From positions 1 to 64,000 of the forward strand of contig NW_026515674.1 in assembly GCF_025526975.1 (NCBI RefSeq): a DNA stretch of 64,000 nucleotides. Reading direction: 5' to 3'. The translations under genes were made by a program, and so were the position numbers. Position 1 is the stretch's first letter. Every line of letters starts with the position of its first letter. Under the pieces are notes generated by a model that did no database searches, was not told where the DNA came from, and worked only from the letters and a program-made list of their open reading frames with translations. Below, piece by piece: positions 24,025 through 36,347 of this stretch. The stretch comes from Fimicolochytrium jonesii (lineage: Eukaryota).

Positions 24025-27000
24025 ATGTACACTCCGCCTTCAAACTGCGGCAGTAGCAGGGGGTCTACGCCGAGGGCGGAGGACTCACCACAGCGGGCAG
24101 GCAGATACAGGCTGCCTAGCACCCTTTCCGATACGGAAACTATCTTCAGTGCAGATGAGGAGCTTGGAGGTGTAGAGAATGGCGGGGATGTGGAAAGCCA
24201 CGCCTGGAGCGTGGTGACCAGCAGCCATAACGAAGATTCCCACGACCTGGGACACAGAGCGACTCTTCTTCCCACGACGACAATAACGACGAAAAAGGAT
24301 GACGATGAAAAGGGACAATCGTACTCTCATACGGGGGGGAAACAACAGCAGCAGCAAACGTCGCGGATTGAGCACTTTGATGGATTACGTGGGATCCTGG
24401 CGCTCATCGTGGCCAGCGCCAACTTTTTGCGGCACTTTGACTTTGTGGGCGGAGTAGATGCCCGTATGTGGCCTATATTCGGCAGGATTGTGCGGTATCT
24501 TGGGCTTACTCCTTTGCCTATCTCGCTCTTCTTTCTCTTATCGGGAAGAGTGTTGATGATCCGATACCTCGAAAACCCATCACTTAACAAGGTTGCCTCT
24601 GCGTTCTTACGACGACCGTTCCGCTTGTTGATTCCCGTGATGGGCTCGCTTTTGGTTATGTGGGCGATGGTGCACCTGCGACTCTGCACACTCACCGCCC
24701 AAGCTGCAGAACATAACACGATCTGGATACCCGTCGACGAAGATGCTAAACAGTGGTGCAGAAACGACTGGTTTCCTTTTAGTGACATCTTCAGCGGTGC
24801 CGTGGCATTCCTGGTCGGTGGTCATGAGATGCCGTTCCCGGACCGACCTCAACAAACCATCCGGACGGCATTGGAGGGCTCTTTCCTCCTTTTCGCCGTT
24901 GCGCTCGTGATGCTGGCTTACCCAAAATCCAGTCGGACGATCACCGTGGTTCTGGCGACGTGGTTCACGTTCACCTCATCGGTGTATGCTCATTTCATGT
25001 GGGGGTTCCTTATCGCGCAGCAGGCACAGGCTGGAGTCTGGGCGCGGGTCCGTATATCCCGCGCCGCCACCTTTTGGAAATCAACCCTCCTCTTCGTCGC
25101 GCTCACAAGCATGTACTTTCGGGACCCGTACATGAGGATCGCAAAGTGGACAACATGGGACATTAACGAAGGTCATTGGGGACGTTCGGGCAGTCGCGGC
25201 GACCAATGGAATATTCCAGAATTCTACACCGCCGTTGCCATCATGCTGGGTTTGGAGCTTTCTCCCGGGCTCTGTACGATCCTTTCTTCCCGACCGTTCT
25301 TGTTTTTGGGAAGGATATCCGTCGGATTGTACCTCCTCCACCCGGTGGTGTACACTGTCGTCGGATCCCTTGTCGGAGCATGGGCTTTCGACTTGTACCT
25401 ATCGACGTGGTTGCAGGCTACAATCGTCTACATCGGTGTGTTAGGCGCATGGGTCGTTGCGGGACAAGTTTTCGCCAACACCTTCGACAAATGGGCCGTG
25501 GACTTTGGTCGTTTCGTCGAAACCAAGACGACGCAAGGGACATGGTCCGTCAAGGGTGCACTTCGCGGCTCGTACGAGAACATCATCTACGCTTCGAGGT
25601 ACATCCAAACGCTAGCGACACCATCTGGTTTCAACATGGTGCGCAACGCATTCGTCAGATACAACAAATCCCCCGCCGGCAAGTTTGTTCTGGCCACTAA
25701 CGTCGTCTCGACCGGACTGATGGTCGTCATCACCCTCTACCGCCATTGGCAGAACTCGCACGTCCCCGTGGGCCTCATGAACTTGTGGGACGGACGGGGC
25801 AACCTACCTCTCGTCACCGGCACCAACGGCATTCTCAGAACGACTACCGATGGCCCAGCTCCGGTGTGCGTTATCAACGTCTGGGAGCGCGGTCATCTGC
25901 CCACATACGTCCGCGCCGCGCTCGACAGCATGGCCTCACGTAACGGCTCCGCATTCATGGAAACGTACCTGTTTGTCCCCTCCTCGATCGGCGTCGACGG
26001 GGTTAAGAAGCTGTACGACGGCAAGAACGCGTGGCCGGCCAACGTGCATGTTGTGGATCTCGGAATGGTGAATGAGCGGTGGGCGAGCGAAAGTATGGAT
26101 CAGTATGTCGCGGACAATCTGTGCCGGATGTATGATTTGCCGTTGACGAGTTGGGAGTGTTGGAGGGTGAGGAGGCAGACGCTTGATAGTGCGAAGTTGA
26201 AGGGGCGGCCGTCGAATCTAGGTGAGTTTGCGATTGGTTGTTCATTGGCTCATCCCTTCAACAATCCTAATCCTTTGATTTCGCTCAAAGTTCAATTCCG
26301 CATGGCCTTCGGCAGCATTTTCAAGCCCTGGGTCGACACTTCCCGTTGCTCGTCCTGGGCTTGGGGTGACCTCGACACCCTCTGGGGCGACTTACGCAGC
26401 GTCTACGACTCTCCACTGGTCAAAGACGCCGACATCGTCACCCTCGGCGGCGGCGACAGAATTCGCCTCTACACTCGCGGACAATACACAGCCCTCAACC
26501 AGCGCATCAACCCCGCCGTTAATGACATCTGGCGCAAGTGCAGCGAATTTGCCACACTCACTGCCCTCACAACTTTCATGCGCCGCGACTCGTGGATGGC
26601 CCTCGACGAAGGTTGCACGACCGACGCCGCCCACCGCTCGGGGATTAAATTCGTCATTGTGAACTCCCAATTCGCCGACTGGGGCAACGCTCTTGTCATG
26701 TCCCGCGCGCAACACGGCCGCGTGTATAACTGTTACGGGCGCCCGGCCGAACGCGACCTCGCCATAGCAAAGCAGAACAAAATCTTGGTACACAGCGAGC
26801 TCATCCGCGCCCAATGCACCAAAATGCTCGAAGTATTCGACGCCAAGCTGCAAACAGGAGCATACACCCGCCCCTTCACCGCCGACCTCGTCCCTGTCCC
26901 GCAAAACTTTACCTACGGCGTCCCACCCCACGGCACAGGTTGCTCGTCCTGGGTCCCGGCGGACGCCAACTGGTGCGTCCTCAACATGCCCGTCGAGCCC

Positions 27001-27372
27001 GACTGGGAAACCGGGCCCCGCGTCATTCAGTCGATGCAAATGCATCCCAACACACCCAACAACACCGGTCAATGGTACGCCTTCCCGCGCCCGAGCGACC
27101 CCATTTTCGCCCCACAAAAAGGGGGTGTGAACAACGACGTTGAGTTATTCGTCCTTGACTCGGCTCTCACGCATCTCCAGAATTATAAGAGGAATATGCA
27201 GCTTGGAGACTCGCCGTTGATGCATGTGGGGGTTGTGGAGGCGGGGAGAAGGTTGAGGGAAGGGGATGCGTACTGGGAGGTGTATCCGGATACGGAGGCG
27301 GTGTTTGGGGAGCCGGAGTGGGATCCAAAGCGGATGCCGAAGGTTATTTGGAGGTTGGGTGAAGGGAAGTAG
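24025..27372 (+). CDS. Acyltransferase-3 (OafA-like) membrane domain fused to a C-terminal glycosyltransferase-like domain; probable in-frame intron 26222-26290
   Basis: RIEHFDGLRGILAL, FFLLSG, RRPFRL, FLGRISVGLYLLH (AT3 motifs); C-terminal SSWAWGDLDTLWGDL with a DxD motif. Confidence 0.85.
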   Translation: MYTPPSNCGSSRGSTPRAEDSPQRAGRYRLPSTLSDTETIFSADEELGGVENGGDVESHAWSVVTSSHNEDSHDLGHRATLLPTTTITTKKDDDEKGQSYSHTGGKQQQQQTSRIEHFDGLRGILALIVASANFLRHFDFVGGVDARMWPIFGRIVRYLGLTPLPISLFFLLSGRVLMIRYLENPSLNKVASAFLRRPFRLLIPVMGSLLVMWAMVHLRLCTLTAQAAEHNTIWIPVDEDAKQWCRNDWFPFSDIFSGAVAFLVGGHEMPFPDRPQQTIRTALEGSFLLFAVALVMLAYPKSSRTITVVLATWFTFTSSVYAHFMWGFLIAQQAQAGVWARVRISRAATFWKSTLLFVALTSMYFRDPYMRIAKWTTWDINEGHWGRSGSRGDQWNIPEFYTAVAIMLGLELSPGLCTILSSRPFLFLGRISVGLYLLHPVVYTVVGSLVGAWAFDLYLSTWLQATIVYIGVLGAWVVAGQVFANTFDKWAVDFGRFVETKTTQGTWSVKGALRGSYENIIYASRYIQTLATPSGFNMVRNAFVRYNKSPAGKFVLATNVVSTGLMVVITLYRHWQNSHVPVGLMNLWDGRGNLPLVTGTNGILRTTTDGPAPVCVINVWERGHLPTYVRAALDSMASRNGSAFMETYLFVPSSIGVDGVKKLYDGKNAWPANVHVVDLGMVNERWASESMDQYVADNLCRMYDLPLTSWECWRVRRQTLDSAKLKGRPSNLGEFAIGCSLAHPFNNPNPLISLKVQFRMAFGSIFKPWVDTSRCSSWAWGDLDTLWGDLRSVYDSPLVKDADIVTLGGGDRIRLYTRGQYTALNQRINPAVNDIWRKCSEFATLTALTTFMRRDSWMALDEGCTTDAAHRSGIKFVIVNSQFADWGNALVMSRAQHGRVYNCYGRPAERDLAIAKQNKILVHSELIRAQCTKMLEVFDAKLQTGAYTRPFTADLVPVPQNFTYGVPPHGTGCSSWVPADANWCVLNMPVEPDWETGPRVIQSMQMHPNTPNNTGQWYAFPRPSDPIFAPQKGGVNNDVELFVLDSALTHLQNYKRNMQLGDSPLMHVGVVEAGRRLREGDAYWEVYPDTEAVFGEPEWDPKRMPKVIWRLGEGK

Positions 27373-27797
27373 GCGTAAGACGTAGTTGGGAGACCATTAT
27401 TTCTTGGGTAGATGTAGAACGGGGCTCTTTTGCTTCGCGGCGTACGTGTTAGGTTGGGGGCGACGGTAGGATAGTCAACCTTCCCCGCATTTTTGCGTAT
27501 TGCGTCCTTCCAGTTCTCTCATAAGATGTTAGACGCATCAGTAATTTAATCGACATGGCATCTCTCTTTCATTCATGACCGGAGGCGGATATGATTCAGA
27601 GACAATGGTATAAAGATACATCTGTTGTACTCAAGGAGCAGACATGCTAGCATGACAGACAGGAAGAACGATGAACAATACGCCTCAGCTACGCTGTTGA
27701 ACAAAGCCAACACGTTTCAGGCCTCTGTACACGTACATGCACTACGTCGAAATGGAAAAGGGTGAAACGCCGTAGGGGCCTCCGTAGCCACGGGCAC

Positions 27798-28758
27798 CTA
27801 GACAACATAACCGCCGTTCACCCGCAGATTGTGGCCGTTAACCCACGAGCTATCTGGGCCAGCAAAGAAGGCGACAGCAGCAGCAATCTCGTTGGGCTCG
27901 CCGAAGCGGTTGAAAGGCGAAAGCCCCTTGATGAAGTTCAACGTCTGCTCCGACTTTCCCTCGAAGAACATTTCCGTGGCCGTCGGGCCGGGCGAAACCG
28001 TGTTGACGGTCAGACCATAGCTCTTGGACAACTCCTTGGCGAGGACACGCGCGAGTTGCTCGACGGCGCCCTTTGTGGCGTTGTAGAGGAGGTAGTTGGG
28101 GGTGACGACGGAGGCGGCGGTGAGGGTGGAGGAGAAGAAAATGACGCGGCCGTTGGGCGACATTTTGGGGGCGAGGGATTGGGTGAGGAAGAGGGGGCCT
28201 TTGACGTTTACGGCGAAGGCGCGGTCGAAGGAGGCTGTTGGTTCATGAAGAATGGTGAGTCTACTCGGCCATGATGTTTCTTTCTTTGCTTTGCTCCCTT
28301 ATCAAACATACCATCAGTAATCTGCAACAAGCTCTCATTGGGTAAGATCCCGGCATTGAGCACCAAAACATCCAACTTCCCATAAACCTCAAGCGCCCGG
28401 TCCGCAAGCTTCTTAGCCTGGTCCACGCTCGCCACATCCGCCTTAACAGCGATCGCGCGGGGCTTGCCGTCTTTCGCGTCCTTCGTGGCAGGGAGGGCGT
28501 TGATCTCGTCAACGACGGCCTTAGCGGTCGCATCGTTGCTGACGTAGTTGACGATGACGGAGGCGCCGTCGTTGGCAAGCCGGAGGGCAATAGCTCGGCC
28601 GATGCCCCGGGAGCCGCCTGAAGGAGGCGAGGTGTGAGATGGGAGGATGGGAGGTGCGAGATGTGTAAGATGGGAGGGGATTACGTACCGGTTATGAGGG
28701 CGACTTTGCCCGCGAGAGGTTGGCCGAGGGTGGCGGTGGGGGTGGAGACGGTGGTCAT
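27798..28758 (-). CDS. Short-chain dehydrogenase/reductase; exons 28758-28689, 28617-28312, 28234-27798
   Basis: LAGKVALITGGSRGIG, VLNAG, YNATK (YxxxK), VNTVSPGPTAT, WVNGHNLRVNGG. Confidence 0.93.
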
Positions 28759-30884
28759 CTTGGTGGAGTTGATGTTATCTTGGGTGAATAGCAGACGATA
28801 CAAGGATGGAGCATCGGGTGCCGGCTTAAGTACTTTTTTGGGGGGGACCAGCAACGAAAGTCGCAATCCGTTGAATGTCACGGATGCGCGTTCGAACGTT
28901 CGAGCGCCTAAACGCAATATGCGGCCACCCCGGGCCACCCTTTCTTTGTTATGGCCTTTGTACCTTTTGTACTGCACATTGCACAATACGTGGCATTGTA
29001 TTACAGAGTTTACAGTACTACGTGTGGAACATTCGGCGGCCTGCCAGGCGGCTGCCACATGTCGGAACGCGGCTCTCTCACGTCCCAGTCGCGTTGTCGG
29101 AGTGCTATCGGACGCGACGCTTGATCAATTGAGGGCGCTTCAGGCTTTATCAGACGAGATCGATGGATCATCGTGGGCGGCCGCAGCCTCAGCTTTGTCG
29201 AATCGATAGTCTATGTTCCATACAACGACCCCGAATCCTTACCACGTTTACTCCGGATCTGAGCATCACTTACCATGTCGGCCTTCAGGTGGACAAGGTG
29301 GACAGGTTTGCCATGGCAGGTTCATCAATATTATCGTCACACGTCTCATGGCGTTAGGGCATGCATTCTGTGGCCTCGCTAGATTACGACGTAGGACGTA
29401 GGACTTGGGGAGCCCTTTCTCTTTTTCTCCACGATTATCTCGATATACAGTACATGCTCGTGCTTACAAATACTTCACACATGACGGAACCAAATATTCA
29501 AGAGTCGCAATTCTCTAAACGGACTCGCCATTTCTTGCCATTCACTTCTTCGATCTCGTCTAGGCCTTCCACGTCAGTCATTACCAGATCGCCCAAGGTA
29601 TGCCCCCAGACATACAGTGGAGCGACGCCCATTCTATATTCATGATTGTCCTGACAGAAAATGCTGGCGGTATAGTTATGGATGTCGAAAATGGCATGGC
29701 AACTCTCTGAGATGGCCTACGCCAAACTTGTACCGAGTGAACCCGTGCCGTGAGTCGGGTATACACGGAAATGGGTTGGGATCTCAGGATGGATTAGACT
29801 GTTTCCAAGTCGCGAAGCAGCAGCTGGCCCAATCGAAGCGATACCTAACATATATTATCCTCTCAGGAATGGCTATTTCGTCGGGGTTCATTAAGCGTTC
29901 AAGATCGTCTTGGGGGTCCACTAACGCAACGTATGGCTTGATGGAATCATAATCATCGTCATACGCTGTTCATCACCCTTTCCCTCGAAAGTGATCTTTC
30001 AAGGCTTTATGATGTCAGCCAACGTGGACTCCTGGTCCCAAATGCATCCATGTCCAGTGGCCTCCGGCTGCACCAGGTTGACGATGTCGTACTTTCCCTC
30101 GTCGAAGAACGAGCCTGAGGATAGGCTCTTCAAGGGTTCCTCTGGCTTCCGCCCCTGATAGGAGTATAGCTACGAGAGGATTGATGTTCCATATCGCTCT
30201 TCGCTAGCGAGACCATGTTTTGATTGCGTTGCGCGGCAGTCTCTCGCAAAGATCGTGTTTAACGATTGGCCAGCATGGGTTGAGAATGTTGAATCCCAAA
30301 GAAGGAGGGTGAGTGACAAGGGCTATATTTCTGCGAAAGTTGAGGCGGGCATCCTGCTCAAGTATGTCCCCGCGATGATTGTCGAATTCCTCGTACTTTC
30401 GTCCCCTAAAGAGTTTCGAGCAATGCAAAGCATTCGTCAATGATCTGGTGGCGTAGCTTCTCTGAGGCCATTAGTAGATTGATAGCTGATTGTTCTTGCT
30501 TCCTTTGTTGGGGATAGATGGATGTTCTTGCTCTCTTCGACGTAGGTCGAGCATGTGCTGATGAATTTGCGTAGAACAAAACATGGTGGCTCAAGACGGT
30601 CTTAAAGACTGGTGGACTGACCTACGCTTCCCTAAACTGGAAAATGCTCCATGCACGAAGCGTGCATGTCGGTCGACGTTTTGAGGTCTCCACATACTGT
30701 CATTTCTCGATGCACTGTCGAGTTTGTCTCTCGCTCTCGCTCTCGCTCGCGGATCACGTGCGTATGTGTGAGTTTAATTCCGGCGAATAGTTCCGATTCA
30801 CGTCTCCGGACCTTTTTGTGCTTGCATTTGACCCTGGGTCATGGGAGAAGTATAGTAGTAACTTGTAACAGATAGTTCGCAAGC

Positions 30885-33800
30885 ATGTTGCGCCGAACGC
30901 TGTCCTGCAACGTCGTATACCGGCGGCGGCTAATATCGTCAGGCCTAGTGTTCAGGCCAACGGCGTTCCCCAAGCTGCGATACTCCGTTCTGAGCGACGA
31001 CTCCAAGGCCGAGGAGCTAAAGGAGAAGGCTCCCGCTGCTGGCGCTCGTGAGAAGGGAGAGGCGGCGGGTTTGGCATCGGCGTCACTGACGACTCCCGCG
31101 CTCGATAATGGAAGTATCAGTGTTAGTGCCGGCGGTGGGGGACGAATGACACCCGAGCAGCTCGCTGCACTCTGTGAAGGGTTTTCGACCGCAATAGAAG
31201 ACGCCGCGACGGACAAAACGAAGCATGTGAACAACGGTGATCAGGTGGAGCGAGAGACGGACGAGGGGCAGCAGTCTGGCGGAAAGGAACCGTCTCAAAT
31301 CCTCAAGGACCACGCTGTCGAAGTAGACGCAACCAACGAGTCCTCACCAGTCCAGGAGGAACTTTTGGACACGCAAAGAATAGAAACGGAGGTTCTGCCA
31401 GAGCAGGCGGTGGAGGAAGAGTCCGTCAGAGAGGAGGTGGAAGTAGGGCAGTCTGACAAAAGCGAAGTTCCCGAATTTGCGAATGACGTTTCGATGGAGG
31501 TGGAGGCGACCGGTAACGTGTTAAAGAAGTCGGATGTGGCAGCCCGGGAGGGACCTCAGGAGACACAAAGAGTAGAAAGTGAGATTCCGTCGGAGCAGGT
31601 GGTCGAGGAAGAGCCTCGCGGAGAGGAGGTGGAAGTCATCAGCGAAGTTTCCGGATCTACAAATAATGTTTCGCTGGAAGTGGACGCGACTAGCGATCCA
31701 TCAAAGGCTGACTTGTCAGTGCAGGAGGAATCTCGGGAGACGGAAATCATAGATGAGACGGAAAACATAAGACCCGAAGTTGTATCAAAGCAAACGGTCG
31801 AGGAGTCGTCGTTGGGTTCTGCAACTAATCAGGGACAAATGGAAAATGCCGAGATACAGGAGATGAAAGATATGAATACGCCGGTGTTGCCGGAGCAGCT
31901 TGTCGAAGAGCAGCTTGGTGCAGAGGGAGCTTTCACAGCTGATCTGAGCAGTGAACGGAAGGTGCAATCCGATATCGCGAGGGCGGACTCTGAGGTATCT
32001 GCAGTCACGGCAAACGAAACAGATGCAGAGATTACGCGAACGGACGCAGCCGCAGACACGGCAAAGCGATCTGCAGAGGTTGCAACGAACGTGGTTGAGG
32101 AATTTGAAGACAGAGAGGTCACCGAGGAGCACGACGTACCTGTCGCTGAAGCGTCAGCTGGTGTGGGAAGTGACGATCTGAACGTCAGCGAAAGAGGAAG
32201 GGCTGGGTCGGATACACAGGAGAAGGTTTACGAAGCGGGCATCATGGTAGACAAGCCTGCAAAGGAATCGAACGATGATGTTCCTGCCGAGGATACCGTT
32301 ACTGCGGAGCCAACAGAGCCATCGGCTTCGTCGGAGGCGGGAGTGCCTGACCTTGCGTCAAAGGAAACAACTGTAGATATTCCCGTGGACTCGACGACTG
32401 ATGTCGCATCGAATTGGGCAAAGGAAACGTCGCAAGAGAGCAGCCGCGAAACGGTCTCGTCATCCGTTGACGGCGGGCCAAATGCTGCCGGTGGGCGCGA
32501 ATTGGGAACCAACAACCACAAAGCCGCAGGCTCCGAGGGGAAGGATGAGATCTATGAAGCCGGCATCATGGTAGATCAACCGCCCCCCGCATCGAAAACT
32601 TCGTCCCTTCCTGAGGAAGATTCCAATCTCTCTGAAGAGCCCGTCCCGATCCCGACTCCGGCGCGGAAACCCAACCCCGCCGAGGTACCGGAAGTAAAGC
32701 CACTGCGCCCAGGGGAGGAATACAAAATCCACACCGACCCAATCAAATTGGCAGCCAGGCTCAAAAGCCTCACTCACAATGGACTGGGAGAGGAGGCCTA
32801 CCGCTACCTGGAGCTCAACTCCACGGAGGTGGCGAATGCGGATGTCTACGCCACGGTGATGATGGCGGCCGCCAGGGAGGGCATGGAGAAGGTAGTGGAC
32901 AAATGCTATCGTCGGGTATGTGTTTCTGGGCGGATTGGAATTTGATGCGTGATTTGCGGAATTAGAAGAGTCACTAACAGCTTTGTCGATGTCTTGTCCT
33001 TTTAGATGCGGGCAATAGGCTTGACCTTACCTCCACACGGCTTGAAAGCACTCGTTACCAGTGCCGATGGGGTAAACCCCGCTGACGTCCCAACGGCAAA
33101 ACGTCAACAGCGAATGAAGAATCTTTTGCGGTATTGGAGCGACATCCCAGAGCCGAACCTGACTTACGTGAATGTGTTTCTAGCAACATGTTTGAAAAAC
33201 CAGAATGAGGGAGGCTGGGACCATGGGCTCGAACTGTTCAACGCGTCGGTAACGGGAAAACCGATGGGCCTGACCATAATACCCAAGCCCGGAAAAGTCG
33301 CTATCGAACTCATGTTGTCAATGTGTGCGGCGCGGCAGGATGAGGTGGGGTTCCAAACGGCATTGAAGATCTGGGAAGACGTACTCCTCTTGGCGCATGA
33401 GGCTTCGAAGGACAAAAAGTTCCGAACCTGGCCGAAAGACGCCGCCTTCCGAGGCGGGGCAGAGAGGTATATCGACAGCGGGGTCTTGCTACCGCTCATC
33501 TTCTGTTTCGTCAGAGCGGCCCACATGAGCGATGCCCAGAAAGGGCTGGACGTTGTTGAGGATTGGCTTAACCTACCCCGAAGTGCGACCGCACCCATCG
33601 CGACGGGGGTTAAGAAAATTGCATTGAGTCGTCCGCTTATGCACGCTCTCCTGCACCTTACCTCTCGCATCCGCGAACCCGAGCTTGCGATCCGCTGGGC
33701 CGAAATTGCGTGGCACCGCGGCATAGAGCTGGACCAAGCCTGCTTTGACGTCCTCGTCACGCTTCTCATCAGCACTAACAAACTGGAAGAAGCATGGGCG

Positions 33801-35759
33801 TTCCTCAAAAAGTTCGATGGCCTTCCGTTCGTTAATGAAAGTCTGGGCCGTTTGTGTGTGTACGCGACAAGCAGGACCACCGAGGACAATGTATCGTGGC
33901 TAGTACGCGCGCAGGAAGTTATGGATGCCGCGGAAAAGGCCGGCGTGATGCCCATCACCAGCGCCGAGCAAGCGAGGAGGATGCGCCTTCAAGATATCGC
34001 CACGTATGGCGAGCTGTACGTCGCGCTCGGCCGGTTGGACGATGCGTGGGCGGTGTTTCAAGCCAAACACCACGACGCGATCACGATAACGCGTAACAAG
34101 GTCGCCAAATTGGCATTGAACGCTCTCCCTAGGCTGTATTTGGAGGAGCACAAGAAGACGTTGCAGCATCTGCGAACGGAGGCGGGCAAGAGGCTGGACG
34201 TCAAAAGCCGCATCAAGCTCGTCACGGACATTATCGCCAGCTCGCCTTCGGATGCCGCCGACCTCCAGGCCCGCTACCGGACCTTGATGGTCATGCGAAA
34301 ATTGATCAAGGTGCGATACGCACAATCGACCGAGAACGAGCAGGCGATACTCGAGGTTCTGGAAACGCGGATCGAGGAAGTCCTTGGCATTTGGGAACTC
34401 TTGTACGGCAAGGTTGTGCGCGATGGAGCCAAGGACTATGCCGCTCAGATAAAGGAATTGTGGCGGGCAAAACGAGTTAGGAATGGACAGTTGCCAGAGG
34501 AAATGAGGGCACCCTTCCACGTACATACACCCTTCCCGGGGACCTCGAAGCAACATCCTGCTCGGGACATTCGATCGTCAGGAAATGACCATTCTGTATA
34601 TCCAGCGAGGGATCGTACAGGAGAAACGACTGGAGGAACGAGAGAGCGCAGGCCCGTAGATCACGGAGACGAAAGCGATTTCTCCCGTCAAAGGCATGAA
34701 GAGGACTACACCCCAAGAGATGAGCGGGGTGTTTCGCGCCAATGGGGTGACCAGGACTATGCGCCGCAGGACCGGCGAAGAGATGATGACCGAGAGAGGG
34801 AGAACGTCGACGCCCGTCACACGAGTAACCATGCTCGATTTGAGAGAGGGGAGAGACCTCACCGAGGTGCGGGTCGGAGATTAGATCAGCGAGAGCCGGA
34901 AGGCCGTTCAGACCGATATACCGACCGCCGTCGCGATGATGAGTCCGTTCCCAAGCGCGATGACCGACTGGATGACAGGCCAGAACGGGGTACTGGCCGC
35001 CCTGGGGATGAGCGCGAGCAGGTGCGCAATCCGAGGGCAGACTTCAGACGCGAGTCCGATGAGGGATATCGGGTGGAGCGGAGTGCAAGATCTGGACGCG
35101 ACCCCGATGAAGCCTATCGTGTAGAGCGGGGTGCAAGGTCCGATGAGAGAGAAGAGCTGTCTAATGACCGTCGCCTCGATGATGGGTATGACCAGGAGAA
35201 GCCTGGGAGGGGAGATACAAGGCCTGAACGGTATGATGACCGTCGTCGTGATGACGGACACGGCCAAGGGCGGGAGGGAAGAACCGCTCGCAGCCGTGAC
35301 CGCAACACGGATTTCCGCCGTGATGACCGAACAGAATACAATGACGCCCCTCGTCGTACCGCAAGAAACGACTCCAGCGATGGACCGCGCGAAGAAAGAG
35401 GCAATCCCCGGCGTGATCTTCACTCTCGCTCCTCAGATAGACCAAAGGAATACCGAAAAGGTCCAGGCAGGGTAGAAGAGAATGAACACAACGTTCCTAA
35501 ATTCGCAGCAAGACGCAGCTTGCACCACAAGGAGACCGCTCGGGTCCTGCAGACAGAGAGGGATGCCCGTACACTTCGTCAGAAGACCGGATCTGACGAA
35601 TACGACGATCGTGATAAGCGACCCGTCCGACGAGATGATAGGCGAGATGAGCGACCTGTCCGACGAGACGATAGGAGAGATGAGCGACCTGTCCGACGAG
35701 ATGCTAGGAGACGAGAAGACTCGGGGCAGGGTCACCGGGGCCAAAGCCGCGAGGACTGA
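30885..35759 (+). CDS. Large probable mitochondrial PPR/helical-repeat protein with acidic N-terminal and Arg/Asp-rich C-terminal disordered regions; intron 32916-33005
   Basis: Arg-rich presequence-like N-terminus; PPR-like units (ADVYATVMMAAAREG..CYRRMRAIGL; PNLTYVNVFLATC; LDQACFDVLVTLLISTNKLEEAW); GTATGT..CTAAC..TAG intron. Confidence 0.7.
35619..35715 (+). repeat. 33-bp coding tandem repeat x3 (RPVRRDDRRDE)
   Basis: Directly visible in DNA and protein. Confidence 0.85.
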
Positions 35760-36347
35760 GGACTGAAGAGCATGTTTTGTTTGGCCGGCGATGTGTAGCC
35801 TAGCCATCCTGAGTTGCGGTCCTGCGGCCTTCATGGAGCGTTTAAATTGTAGGAGCGCGGTTCTTCAGCGGGGTTCCGGCGTGAGAGAGCAGAGCGTAGA
35901 GCACCAATTTTGTTTCGGATGTGTAGAGACATTCTCCCTTTTGTAGATAGCCTTATCTATGAGCTTTGTCATTGCATCCATCTTCCCCGCATTCGTGTGT
36001 ATGTACATTCTCGCAAAGAAATAATATTGAGCATTCAGAGACTTCGGTGAGCTCTTCCGAACCGGTATCTTATGATCCGGAAGCTCTGCAGAATACCCGC
36101 ATTACATTTACGTCGAAGATGTGTTTACTGATCCAGAAGCGCACGTATCAGGCTTCCCCCAGCAGTCCTATCGACTTGAATAATGCGACTGTCATCCTGA
36201 AAAAAGCGGCTGTGGAAAATTGACAGCGCGTAAGTCCGCTGTCGAAAGCGGCGTTCCGCTGCCCACCGATGAATGGATCGAACTTCAGCCTCTGCGAGTT
36301 CTACTGGAACCATTCTCCCTGCACATAGCCTCATCAGCGTAGCAATA

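Noticed and set aside
26392..27117. Long antisense and alternate-frame ORFs overlapping real genes (also 33164-33958, 49739-50581 and others)
   Set aside because: Shadow ORFs expected from GC-rich codon usage
29200..30600. Possible decayed gene between the SDR and PPR-like genes
   Set aside because: Only short ORFs and no recognisable domain
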